IMG/VR virus record: IMGVR_UViG_3300008267_000004
Location: 123,451 to 187,450 of that record
DNA: 64,000 bases
Reading direction: 5' to 3' (one strand)
Origin: a virus
The stretch's first letter is position 1. Every line of letters starts with the position of its first letter. The notes under the pieces are model-generated. The model was not told where the DNA came from. It ran no database searches and saw only the letters and a list, made by a program, of their open reading frames with translations. A program made the translations under genes and the position numbers. Shown piece after piece: positions 37,287 to 46,120 of the stretch.

Positions 37287-37454
37287 TTATTTTTTATTTT
37301 TGTACCTTCTTATTTTTTTTTTAATATTTTCTACCTTCTTCTGCATCTCTAGTTTTTCTTCCATAATTTTTTGTTTTTGTTGTTCTGCTTTAATTCTTTT
37401 TCCTAATAAGAATACAATCAAAAAAAATATAACTATGGTTACTAGAGTAGTCAT
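37287..37454 (-). CDS. 55-aa membrane-anchored basic coiled-coil protein (below the ORF-track cutoff)
   Basis: My translation: MTTLVTIVIFFLIVFLLGKRIKAEQQKQKIMEEKLEMQKKVENIKKKIRRYKNKK; SD GGAG; late motif at 37478-37485. Confidence 0.65.
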   Translation of the reverse strand: MTTLVTIVIFFLIVFLLGKRIKAEQQKQKIMEEKLEMQKKVENIKKKIRRYKNKK

Positions 37455-37477
37455 TCTATTTTCTCCATTTTTAGGAG

Positions 37478-37485
37478 TAAATAGT
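37478..37485 (-). promoter_or_regulatory. putative phage late promoter
   Basis: Sense ACTATTTA inside the recA 3' end. Confidence 0.55.
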
Positions 37486-38615
37486 TACTCTGTCAGTAAT
37501 TCTTGTTCCTCTCCTTCAATATTATAAAAAGATTTTGAATCTCCTTCTCTTGTATCAAACTTAACAACAACTTCTTGCTCCATAAGATCAAGAACTGCTT
37601 TTTTGAAAGCCTCATCTGTTTTCATTAATTCTTCCCAACCAGCTTGTTGGAATTTTTTAGGTTTACCATTTACCTCAATTTCATACCAAGCACCAGATTG
37701 TTTAATAAACGGTTTAACCGCCTCAAAAATACTCTCTTCATCTAAGATACCATACTGGTCTGCCCACATAATACGGAATAAACACTCACGACCTTGAGTA
37801 CCGAATCTACTTTTTTCCAGTCTTGCTTTTACTTCTGATCCGATACGGTATCCACGCGAATCAATTACATAACTATCCTTGGCTCTACGACCAGTTAGCC
37901 AAACTCTTAGGCTATATGAATATGTAAGGGCTTTTCCACCAGGAGTTGTATATTTTTCGCTATCTGTAGCATATTTTGGATTTTGTACATTAAGATTTGT
38001 TTTAAGTTGATTCAGGATTAATAATGTTGCTTGCTTATTTGCAATAGGTTGAATTAATTTTGATAAACCTTTAGCCAAAATACGTGGTTTTACCGCCATA
38101 GATGACTGTGGATCAAAATCTCCTTCAAGATCTGTCTTACTTGGAGTAAGAGCCATTGAGTCCCAAACAAATAGAAATTTATCATCTGTAGTTTTTAACA
38201 AGTCTTCAATTGTTTCTAACACAAACTCTACAGATTCTGCTTGTAAATAAAGCAGATTTTCCATATTACATCCAATTTTACTCAAAAACTCTGGATCGAT
38301 GGCACTTTCTGAGTCAAAGTAGACTACTGAAATTCCTTGCTTCTGAGCATTTGCAGCTATTTGCGCTGCCATATAGCTTTTACCGCTTGAACTCTCACCT
38401 GCAAGTTCACTAATTTTTCCTACTGGAATTCCTGCTAGTTTTCCCCTACAAATAATAGAATCCAACCAGCGTGAACCCGTAGAGATCCAATCAGTTACCT
38501 CCGTAGGATTTTCCTCTTGAAGATCAAATGCTACTTCACGACCTGCTTTTTTGTTAATCATAGCACGCATATCTGCAATGCTTATTTTTCCTGCTGTTGT
38601 TTGTTTTTTTGCCAT
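37485..38615 (-). CDS. recA: RecA/UvsX-like recombinase
   Basis: ISTGSRWLD, ELAGESSSGKS, YFDSE, VWDS, LNQLK, TPGGKAL.Y, KSRFG. Confidence 0.93.
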   Translation of the reverse strand: MAKKQTTAGKISIADMRAMINKKAGREVAFDLQEENPTEVTDWISTGSRWLDSIICRGKLAGIPVGKISELAGESSSGKSYMAAQIAANAQKQGISVVYFDSESAIDPEFLSKIGCNMENLLYLQAESVEFVLETIEDLLKTTDDKFLFVWDSMALTPSKTDLEGDFDPQSSMAVKPRILAKGLSKLIQPIANKQATLLILNQLKTNLNVQNPKYATDSEKYTTPGGKALTYSYSLRVWLTGRRAKDSYVIDSRGYRIGSEVKARLEKSRFGTQGRECLFRIMWADQYGILDEESIFEAVKPFIKQSGAWYEIEVNGKPKKFQQAGWEELMKTDEAFKKAVLDLMEQEVVVKFDTREGDSKSFYNIEGEEQELLTE

Positions 38616-38636
38616 ATTTTCCTCGGGTTAAAAAAA

Positions 38637-38664
38637 GAGGGAGCCGACACTTGCCGACTCCCTC
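38637..38664 (-). terminator. intrinsic terminator after ssb, overlapping the recA promoter start
   Basis: Minus strand GAGGGAGTCGGCA-AG-TGTCGGCTCCCTC (with G-U pairs) plus U7. Confidence 0.7.
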
Positions 38665-38665
38665 A

Positions 38666-38694
38666 GTTATACTACACTAAATTTTGAGTGTTAA
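38666..38694 (-). promoter_or_regulatory. sigma70-type promoter for recA
   Basis: TTAACA-17 bp-TATAAC. Confidence 0.6.
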
Positions 38695-39470
38695 GAGTCT
38701 AGTAATTCATCAAATGCAGCATCGACCGCATTCTTTTCAACCTTCTTAACAGCAGGACGACCAGCTGGTTTAGCACCAAACTTTGCGGTTTCTGTGCTGT
38801 GTTCTTCTGCATCACCTTCACCAGCAAGGTATTCGTCAAGAATTACACCAACTTCATCACTTGACTTACGAGTATGCAGTTTCTCAAAATCAGGTAGTGA
38901 CTCTAATAGCTCTTTACAATCTTCGCTTGAACCTTGGCAAAGCTTGCTTGTTTTACGAGCAGGTGTAATTTTTGTAGTTGGAAACGATTGACCAGGATTT
39001 TTGCTTGTTGAAAGCGTTAGGTCTGTTCCCTGTTCAGGGTCGGTGATATCACCGTAGTCAGGATTTAGTACAAGATTGATCAGATCTTGATACGCATTCT
39101 TACCATAACCCCAAACTTTTACGCCTTCCTTCTCTTCACCACGAACTACAACTGGTGAAAAGAATCGTTGACGAGGAAGGAACTTTTTAGCCATCTTGGC
39201 TGATTCTTCGTTCTTTTCCTTGTACAACTTGCTTGCAAAATCGCAAGCAGGACAGGCATCAGCAAAGTTCTTTTTTGGACATAGGAAGCCACCTTGTGAC
39301 CCTAGTTCATAATGGAACCAATACTCCTTAAATGGATCACCATCGGGAGTAGGAACAATACGCACTGAGTAACTATTACCCTCTTTAGGACTCCAAAAAG
39401 AGGTCTTGTTACCACCCTTGTTAGTTAGTGCGTTCAGTTTTTGCTTCATCTTGTTAATATCAATAGCCAT
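38691..39470 (-). CDS. single-stranded DNA-binding protein (gp32-like)
   Basis: FWSPKEG..SVRIVP....PF..YWFHY, CP..NF..ACPAC zinc site, KVWGYGK, DITDP..GTDL, acidic C-terminal tail. Confidence 0.8.
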   Translation of the reverse strand: MAIDINKMKQKLNALTNKGGNKTSFWSPKEGNSYSVRIVPTPDGDPFKEYWFHYELGSQGGFLCPKKNFADACPACDFASKLYKEKNEESAKMAKKFLPRQRFFSPVVVRGEEKEGVKVWGYGKNAYQDLINLVLNPDYGDITDPEQGTDLTLSTSKNPGQSFPTTKITPARKTSKLCQGSSEDCKELLESLPDFEKLHTRKSSDEVGVILDEYLAGEGDAEEHSTETAKFGAKPAGRPAVKKVEKNAVDAAFDELLDS

Positions 39471-39521
39471 TTGTATTACTCCTATTTGTCGGTCGGTAAA
39501 TCTCCCGCCGAACTGTTGTGA

Positions 39522-39550
39522 ACTCTACCATGTCATAATGTAGAGTTAAA
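39522..39550 (-). promoter_or_regulatory. sigma70-type promoter for ssb
   Basis: TTTAAC-17 bp-TAGAGT with extended -10 TG. Confidence 0.55.
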
Positions 39551-39788
39551 GTACAAAATTAATTTCTTTTTCTACGACTTCACCAATAACCGTGGTCATA
39601 TTAAAAATTCTAAACTCATTTAGATCAACATCCCAAACTAAACGTAATCCATCTTTTAGCGGTGGTGGGCCACTGTTACCCTTTATCTTACCAGCTAAAA
39701 ATCCCGCTGGCAAGTCTTTTAATTCTGCAAAATTAATTTCACGAAGAGTGCCGTCTTTTTTTCTAAAAGTCGCATTGTAAACTTTCAT
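39546..39788 (-). CDS. WYL-like/SH3 beta-barrel protein (DUF2693-like)
   Basis: TFRKKDGTLRE...VWDVDLNEFRIFN. Confidence 0.65.
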   Translation of the reverse strand: MKVYNATFRKKDGTLREINFAELKDLPAGFLAGKIKGNSGPPPLKDGLRLVWDVDLNEFRIFNMTTVIGEVVEKEINFVL

Positions 39789-39796
39789 ATATTCTC

Positions 39797-40624
39797 CTAT
39801 TTCTGTATTTGCGAACTAGATGCTGTGATTATACAGTAATTTTGTTCCGACTTTGTAGAGTGTATTATATACGAAATTTTAATACTGTCAACAGTTTTCT
39901 TTTTTAGGTGATTTTTTATTTCTTTATAAATTTTTCCATCTGTTTTTAATTGTTCTTCATTAATAAAGAAATAATAACATTTAAAGTCTACATTCTCTAG
40001 TTTATAAAAAAGTTTTTCATTATCATCTTCAAGTGTATATGCACCATACGTACTAATACAAGATATATCTTTTGGTGGAGTAAAATTATCTACTACAGCT
40101 GGTCTTCTACCAGACATATCTAATCCATAAATGGTTCGAAATATAGTGTTATTTATCTCTTTAAAGTGATTTATCACGGGAACATCCCCATTTATTTCTT
40201 CAATACACAAATTATCAATTAATATTAATGATCTAAACATTCCAGATCTTGCATATTCTTGTAATACATTAAAAACTACTTTTTCATGTAAGATGTTTTT
40301 TATCAACATTGGCTCTGGTCTTACATATACCACAAAAACATTTTTTCTATCTCTTAGATGATAAAGAACTTTTAAAGATGCAGCACTTATATTTCCACCA
40401 CCACCTATAAATATCATTATATTTGAATGACAATCTTTTAAAAAGTTTGAAACATCTGGAAAATCTTGCTCACATTTTTCTGGGTCGTCATATTTGGGTA
40501 CAGAGAAACAGTTTGGTCCTTCTATCTCTGAATCAATTAATTTAATCTGATAAGATGGATCATTTAGATCTTCATATAATTCTGCTATATTACACCCAGC
40601 TTGTCCTAATCCTATAATTGTCAT
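39797..40624 (-). CDS. tubulin/FtsZ-like GTPase
   Basis: IIGLGQAGCNIA (T1 loop), IKLIDS, degenerate signature GGGGNISAAS, VYVRP, LIDN, IN. Confidence 0.75.
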   Translation of the reverse strand: MTIIGLGQAGCNIAELYEDLNDPSYQIKLIDSEIEGPNCFSVPKYDDPEKCEQDFPDVSNFLKDCHSNIMIFIGGGGNISAASLKVLYHLRDRKNVFVVYVRPEPMLIKNILHEKVVFNVLQEYARSGMFRSLILIDNLCIEEINGDVPVINHFKEINNTIFRTIYGLDMSGRRPAVVDNFTPPKDISCISTYGAYTLEDDNEKLFYKLENVDFKCYYFFINEEQLKTDGKIYKEIKNHLKKKTVDSIKISYIIHSTKSEQNYCIITASSSQIQK

Positions 40625-40625
40625 A

Positions 40626-41834
40626 TTATACCTTAAGTTTTAATTTTTTCATGTCGCCGTAATTTTTACCAGCTTTTACATTTACTATAAATTTTCCGAA
40701 TTGGGTATCTTGTACTATTTGTACAAGATCAATAATATATTTTTTTTCGTCGTCACTAACATCAAATACAGCTTCATCGTGTAATAAAAATGCTACAAAA
40801 GATTTTTTATTTTCTAAGAAATCATCAGTTTTTATAATTTGTCTATGGAATAGATCAATAAAAGTACTTTGATTTATATATGGAATAGCATGATGTTCAT
40901 CACTTTCAATTTTTCTTCCATAAATTGTTTTAACGTGAGTACCATCCCAATGATTATTTCTTAATTCTTCTTTTTTGAAGATACTATCTAATCCATCAGA
41001 ATATTGTAAAGCATAAGGATTGCTTGAACCATAAAGCCATGAAATTACGGCATCTTTTGCTTCAGATCTAGATATAGAAGTGTTAAAAACATCTCGATTT
41101 ATCATATCATAAACATCTTCATCTGGTTGTTTTCCACCCACAAGGCCAATTGCTGTTCTTAATTCAGCAGCATTGATATCAAATGATACAAACCAATCAT
41201 TTTGTGGTTTCAATACGTTACGATAAGCTTTTGGAAAATTTTGTATTGGAAAACTTTTACGATTTGTAGATATTCTTCCCGTTACAGCACCAAACATATT
41301 GTAAGAAATATATTTTGTAATATTTAAAAATCTTCTGTAGTAGGAAAGATCTTTATCTTTTTCAATATTTTTCTTCATTAGTTCATAATCTAAATTTAGA
41401 TCTCTATATCTAATATCCGTAAGAAGCTCATTAAATCTTCTATAAAATTCATATTCTGCGGGACGAGAGTAAGTATTTAGTACGTGTTCTGTAACTTTAT
41501 TTTTCACTTCACAGTATTCAATTAAAAAATTTTTAGGAGTTAGATCAAAAAAACAATTTTCTGATAAAGAAACTTTGGCTTCTACAAAAGAAGAGATAAA
41601 GGCTTTCATACGATTAGAAATTTTTTGCCAATCTTCTTTTAAGTAATCTGGTACTACATTTTCTATTTTTTGTCCCTGTGCATAAATTTGTGCATATTCT
41701 ATATTTTTATTTTTTAAATATGGTGAATATGACCATGTTTTTGTTAAGTCGTCAGGTATGGTTTTAAAATTTAACTCATTATTACAATATATCCCTACGC
41801 ATTCTTTTTTATCGTCTAAAGTTTGAAAAATCAT
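40626..41834 (-). CDS. minimal family A DNA polymerase-like protein
   Basis: TGRIST, motif A SFDINAAELR, motif B RSEAK...WLYG, INQST, motif C LLHDEAVFD, KAGKNYG. Confidence 0.75.
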   Translation of the reverse strand: MIFQTLDDKKECVGIYCNNELNFKTIPDDLTKTWSYSPYLKNKNIEYAQIYAQGQKIENVVPDYLKEDWQKISNRMKAFISSFVEAKVSLSENCFFDLTPKNFLIEYCEVKNKVTEHVLNTYSRPAEYEFYRRFNELLTDIRYRDLNLDYELMKKNIEKDKDLSYYRRFLNITKYISYNMFGAVTGRISTNRKSFPIQNFPKAYRNVLKPQNDWFVSFDINAAELRTAIGLVGGKQPDEDVYDMINRDVFNTSISRSEAKDAVISWLYGSSNPYALQYSDGLDSIFKKEELRNNHWDGTHVKTIYGRKIESDEHHAIPYINQSTFIDLFHRQIIKTDDFLENKKSFVAFLLHDEAVFDVSDDEKKYIIDLVQIVQDTQFGKFIVNVKAGKNYGDMKKLKLKV

Positions 41835-41840
41835 TTTTCC

Positions 41841-43151
41841 TCACGGTGCAAATCTGATAATTTTTTCTTCTTGCTCACCCGGTGGAAGATTTATAACATC
41901 TTCAAATTTTGAAGTAAAGTACTCTTTTTTTAGTAAAATATTTTTGTATCCATTAAATATTCTATTTGTCTCAAAGACAGCTTTTTCTAATCCATATGAA
42001 TTAGAAATATTTTTTATTTTTTTTTGTAATAAATATAGTTGTTCATCATTTAATTTAGATTTGTTAGATGATGCTCTTAAAAATACATATAATTCTAACC
42101 ATTTTTCTAAAGGATTTGCTCTATAGTATTCTTCTATTGTTAGGTTTTCTCTTTTAAATGTTTTTATTTCTTCGCCGCATCTTGTAGGAGATATATCCAC
42201 ATATTCTGGTTTTTCACTTACCAACTTTTTATATATTCTAATATAGGATTCTCTAAGATAGAACAAATCATATTCATAAGATTTTATAAACTGCTTCTTA
42301 AAGGTGTCTTCCGTGTTTGAAAGATTATATTTTTTCATGTATGGAACCATATTACTGGATCCTATGTTTGCTATTAATCTCCAAGGAGCGTTTCTATCTA
42401 TAAAAAATCCATATCTTTGGGCGGATTGTACGAAAAATTCAAAGTTTTTATCATTTAGATATTTTCTACATTTAACTAAATCATCTGTAAAATCATCAAC
42501 AGCTACTTCAACAACTAATCCACTTATATTTGGTGATGCATATCTGGAAAGAATAAAATCACTAAAAACTATTGAAGAATTTTCATCATAGTTTATCATA
42601 TATTTTGTTAATATCTTAGTAAAGTCATTAAAATTTTTAATCTTATTAGAATCTATATTTTCAACAAATTTATCTCTAAAGACATAATACAACTTATAAA
42701 TAAATTGATCAAACTCAAAAGTTGGAGAAGACCAGCCTACAACTGGCGCTAGATTACTATATGGACCCTCTCTAGATAGGTTTGTTAAGATGTTGCAGCT
42801 TTTATTAAAGTAATCTGCCATATCTTCAAAAGCGTCAACAACAAAATTCATTGCAAATAAATTTTTTGGAGTATTACTAAATTTTTTTATAAAAGAGTTT
42901 TCTTGAAAATCTACATCATTTATTCTCGAAGAAGGTGATTTTCCTATCTTCTTACCAGTAAATACACTATCAGATTTATCATCAATTCTTCCATAGAATG
43001 GTTTATCTACTGTTAAATCTATATGCGGAGATAAAATATAATTATGAGGAGCTTCCAGTGGAATAGGCATAACTCTAGTGTCGTATGCTTTTCTGTTTCT
43101 AAATGATTTTAGGGCATTTTGAGAATTATTTCCTCTTGAATAAAAAGCCAT
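41841..43151 (-). CDS. hypothetical protein at the end of the baseplate operon
   Basis: 436 aa, co-transcribed with baseplate genes. Confidence 0.5.
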   Translation of the reverse strand: MAFYSRGNNSQNALKSFRNRKAYDTRVMPIPLEAPHNYILSPHIDLTVDKPFYGRIDDKSDSVFTGKKIGKSPSSRINDVDFQENSFIKKFSNTPKNLFAMNFVVDAFEDMADYFNKSCNILTNLSREGPYSNLAPVVGWSSPTFEFDQFIYKLYYVFRDKFVENIDSNKIKNFNDFTKILTKYMINYDENSSIVFSDFILSRYASPNISGLVVEVAVDDFTDDLVKCRKYLNDKNFEFFVQSAQRYGFFIDRNAPWRLIANIGSSNMVPYMKKYNLSNTEDTFKKQFIKSYEYDLFYLRESYIRIYKKLVSEKPEYVDISPTRCGEEIKTFKRENLTIEEYYRANPLEKWLELYVFLRASSNKSKLNDEQLYLLQKKIKNISNSYGLEKAVFETNRIFNGYKNILLKKEYFTSKFEDVINLPPGEQEEKIIRFAP

Positions 43152-43162
43152 ATAATTATCTC

Positions 43163-45766
43163 CTACTTCTTACCGTACTTTTTAGCTCTTAATTGTTCAA
43201 TAGTCATTCTATGAACAGGGGTATTAATTAATCTTCCATAGTTTACAAATCTTGCATCTAACTTACTTGTTATTTCACCTCTAGCAACATGCGTGTCTGT
43301 TTTTAAAATCATATATACACCACCTAATCCTATTTGACTTGCAAGCTGTTTAACGGCTTGAGATGGATTAGTTTTAGAATAAAATATTGGATTTATAATA
43401 ACTAAATCTCCCGGCCTAAAAAAACAAGGACCGTACATATCTATATCACTGTTATAGACACCTCTAAACATACCAGGGATATTTCCTCCTTCATTTACAA
43501 TTCTAGCCTCTCTAACACCTGGTATATCTTCTGCTTTATAAGATATTTTTCTAAGTAGTCCAACATTAGATCCAACTGTGAAAGTAAATAATCCTTTTTC
43601 ATCATTTCCTGCAAGATCTGTAGTATCAATATCATCTTTATGAAGAGCAGGTATGTATATAAATATAATGTTAGAAGTTTTTCCAACGCCTTCAGTACCT
43701 ACACCTCTAACGTGCTCATCTGATCCATTAATTGCATTTTTTAATAATGTGGTAGAAATAAAATCTTCTGGGTGGTAATTTGTTAAAAAATCACCAACCT
43801 TAGAACTTACAGAAGAAGCTAAAATTCTTGGTGATGAATTTTCTGTTCCGTGTAATCTAGTTCCAAAAACTCCAATTATAGATAGTCTAGCAAGATCTAA
43901 AATATCTGTCAAGAACTGTTTCAGAGTCCACTCTAAAATACCAGCCTGTACAATTTTTTCCCAAAACCACTTATTAAAAAACTCCAGAGAAATTGGCAAA
44001 TATCCAATGTTATGACTATAAAATTTTATACCTGGATCTGTATTAGCTTTTGTAGCAGTAGCAGATCTTAACATGCTTTGATCTGAATTATGCATACTTT
44101 CAATAAATTGTTGATAAGAACCGGCAGTTGGAACTATAACATCACCTATAAAAAGGTATATATCATCAAATTTTAAATCAGTACCAAGTTGTTTAGAACA
44201 TAACTCAATTAAATCTTGTAGAAACATAAAATTTATTGTAGTAGGGGCAGCTTCGGCACCAAGTGCTTCGTTTGTGGGAATTCTTGTATCAGTTGGAGTA
44301 ACGGAGGCAGGCCCAGTACCCTCTGAATTTCTATCATTTTGAGCATCAGGCGGTTTTTTTGCTTCTGCAGCAACTTGAGCTTCGCGAGCATTTTGAAACG
44401 CCATAGATCCAACTAGCTTACCGATAGAAGCCGCTAGTGATTCTTCAGTTCCTAGAGTATTATAAGTAAATTCTGATGGTTGACTATCAGCTCTTTGAGC
44501 TTTTCTAGCTTCACTACCATCTACGTCTATTTCATTCCTAGAATCACTTAAGCCTAACTCTGCGGGCGTATATGTAATAGATCTTATAATTTTTCCACTA
44601 TAAAGTCCAAAAGTAAATGCTTGCCATATACTTAAGCCTAAATCTCTTTTTTCTGTATCTGCTGCTTCATCTAATTCTTTTGCTTTCTTTTTACCCGCTT
44701 CTTCGACTTGTTGTTCGGATTTTCCTGAATCTTTTGCATCTTGTTTAGCTTTATCTATTAATTTTTGTCTATCTTTCTTTTTTAATTTATAAGATTGAAC
44801 TTTTGCTCTTGTTTCTGGACTGTTGGTTAGTATGTTAGATTCTGATAAAATTAATGTACTCTCTACCGCTCCGTGATAATCTATAGTAACATCTATAGTT
44901 TGATTATCATTAAAAGATATATCATGCCTTACAGGATATAAAAATAACATATTTGTAGTATCATCAATGGCATCTTGTAGTTGTTTTGCAAAAACCTTAA
45001 GAGATGTCTGTCCTGATTCAACATTAAAGACGTTATGTCCTGTATTACCAAGTAAATCAATTATTTGAGCATAAGAGAGAGGCATATAGCCAACTTTTAC
45101 TTTAATTCTATAATAGTGAGGATCACTTCTTAGCGCACTGTTAAATAAATCAGAATAGTAGAATACAGTTTCTTGTCCGTCTTTATTTCTTAATCTTCTT
45201 GGTTCCAACAAAGAGTCTATTGATTGAAACTTTAATTTTAATTTTGCTGTAATTGCTGAATTTGCCTCTGCTTGATTTTGTCCTATATATTGATAATCAA
45301 AAGAAACTATGTTAGCTAAATCTATTGTTCCTTTCCTGTTTGCACTCAATACATCATCAGCATCTTCATTTCCACCAACTCTATGAATTCCATGATCAAA
45401 AGGAATTCTAAATATTTCTTCAAATGTATGTCCGCCTCTATTTGCAATTCCGTTTGGATAATCAACTTTATAAAGCTCTAATCTTGGTTGAAGTGCAGCT
45501 AAAATATTTGGTGGAATTTTTCTTAATGTAGTTATATTTTCGCCTTTACTTAAGGCAGAGATTAAACCTGCATTACCTTTTCCATCGTTTCCTGTTTTTC
45601 TAACTCTTCTACCAAGAGCAGCATAACCAGGTCTTCGATCTAACATCAAATCCCCAGCTGCCGCAGCTTTTTGTAATATTGCAGGTAATCTATAGATAAG
45701 ATAATGTTGATAATCTTGTACTAAAGCTTCATAACCCTGTGGTGTATTAATTTCTACTACTGCCAT
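43163..45766 (-). CDS. putative baseplate hub / tail protein
   Basis: 867 aa in the tail module; C-terminal G..FFRPG..V.I / GLGG.Y.I pattern typical of hub proteins. Confidence 0.5.
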   Translation of the reverse strand: MAVVEINTPQGYEALVQDYQHYLIYRLPAILQKAAAAGDLMLDRRPGYAALGRRVRKTGNDGKGNAGLISALSKGENITTLRKIPPNILAALQPRLELYKVDYPNGIANRGGHTFEEIFRIPFDHGIHRVGGNEDADDVLSANRKGTIDLANIVSFDYQYIGQNQAEANSAITAKLKLKFQSIDSLLEPRRLRNKDGQETVFYYSDLFNSALRSDPHYYRIKVKVGYMPLSYAQIIDLLGNTGHNVFNVESGQTSLKVFAKQLQDAIDDTTNMLFLYPVRHDISFNDNQTIDVTIDYHGAVESTLILSESNILTNSPETRAKVQSYKLKKKDRQKLIDKAKQDAKDSGKSEQQVEEAGKKKAKELDEAADTEKRDLGLSIWQAFTFGLYSGKIIRSITYTPAELGLSDSRNEIDVDGSEARKAQRADSQPSEFTYNTLGTEESLAASIGKLVGSMAFQNAREAQVAAEAKKPPDAQNDRNSEGTGPASVTPTDTRIPTNEALGAEAAPTTINFMFLQDLIELCSKQLGTDLKFDDIYLFIGDVIVPTAGSYQQFIESMHNSDQSMLRSATATKANTDPGIKFYSHNIGYLPISLEFFNKWFWEKIVQAGILEWTLKQFLTDILDLARLSIIGVFGTRLHGTENSSPRILASSVSSKVGDFLTNYHPEDFISTTLLKNAINGSDEHVRGVGTEGVGKTSNIIFIYIPALHKDDIDTTDLAGNDEKGLFTFTVGSNVGLLRKISYKAEDIPGVREARIVNEGGNIPGMFRGVYNSDIDMYGPCFFRPGDLVIINPIFYSKTNPSQAVKQLASQIGLGGVYMILKTDTHVARGEITSKLDARFVNYGRLINTPVHRMTIEQLRAKKYGKK

Positions 45767-45768
45767 TT

Positions 45769-46110
45769 TTACCCTCTATCTTTTACCATGAACGATACAA
45801 ACAATTCTAAATCTATAGGTATTTTTATCATATCTCCAACTTTTATTAAAGTTTCGCAACCTATTTTATTAAAAGTTAATATCATCCACCAATTTTCAGC
45901 GCCACCTGCATACTTTTCGGCAATTTTATAAATTCTATCTCCAACTCCCCAAATATATTCTCTGTATGCTATCTGGTTTATTTCTTTTTCAGTTGGATAA
46001 ACAATAGTTTTAGTCCCATAATATTCTATATGCTTAGTTGATCTTTCTTCTAACATATTACTATATTCATCTGTGTCGTTTATTAAAATTCTTCTTCCTG
46101 AATGTCTCAT
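45769..46110 (-). CDS. LysM-like baseplate protein (gpX/gp53-like)
   Basis: YIWGVGDRIYKIAEKYAG...WWMILTFN...IKVGDMIKIP. Confidence 0.75.
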   Translation of the reverse strand: MRHSGRRILINDTDEYSNMLEERSTKHIEYYGTKTIVYPTEKEINQIAYREYIWGVGDRIYKIAEKYAGGAENWWMILTFNKIGCETLIKVGDMIKIPIDLELFVSFMVKDRG

Positions 46111-46120
46111 TAGCTTCTCC

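Noticed and set aside
39797-40624. Phage-nucleus (chimallin) system implied by the tubulin gene
   Set aside because: No ChmA-like or multisubunit RNAP genes are in the window, and the head/tail genes are T4-like rather than phiKZ-like; this cannot be excluded outside the window.
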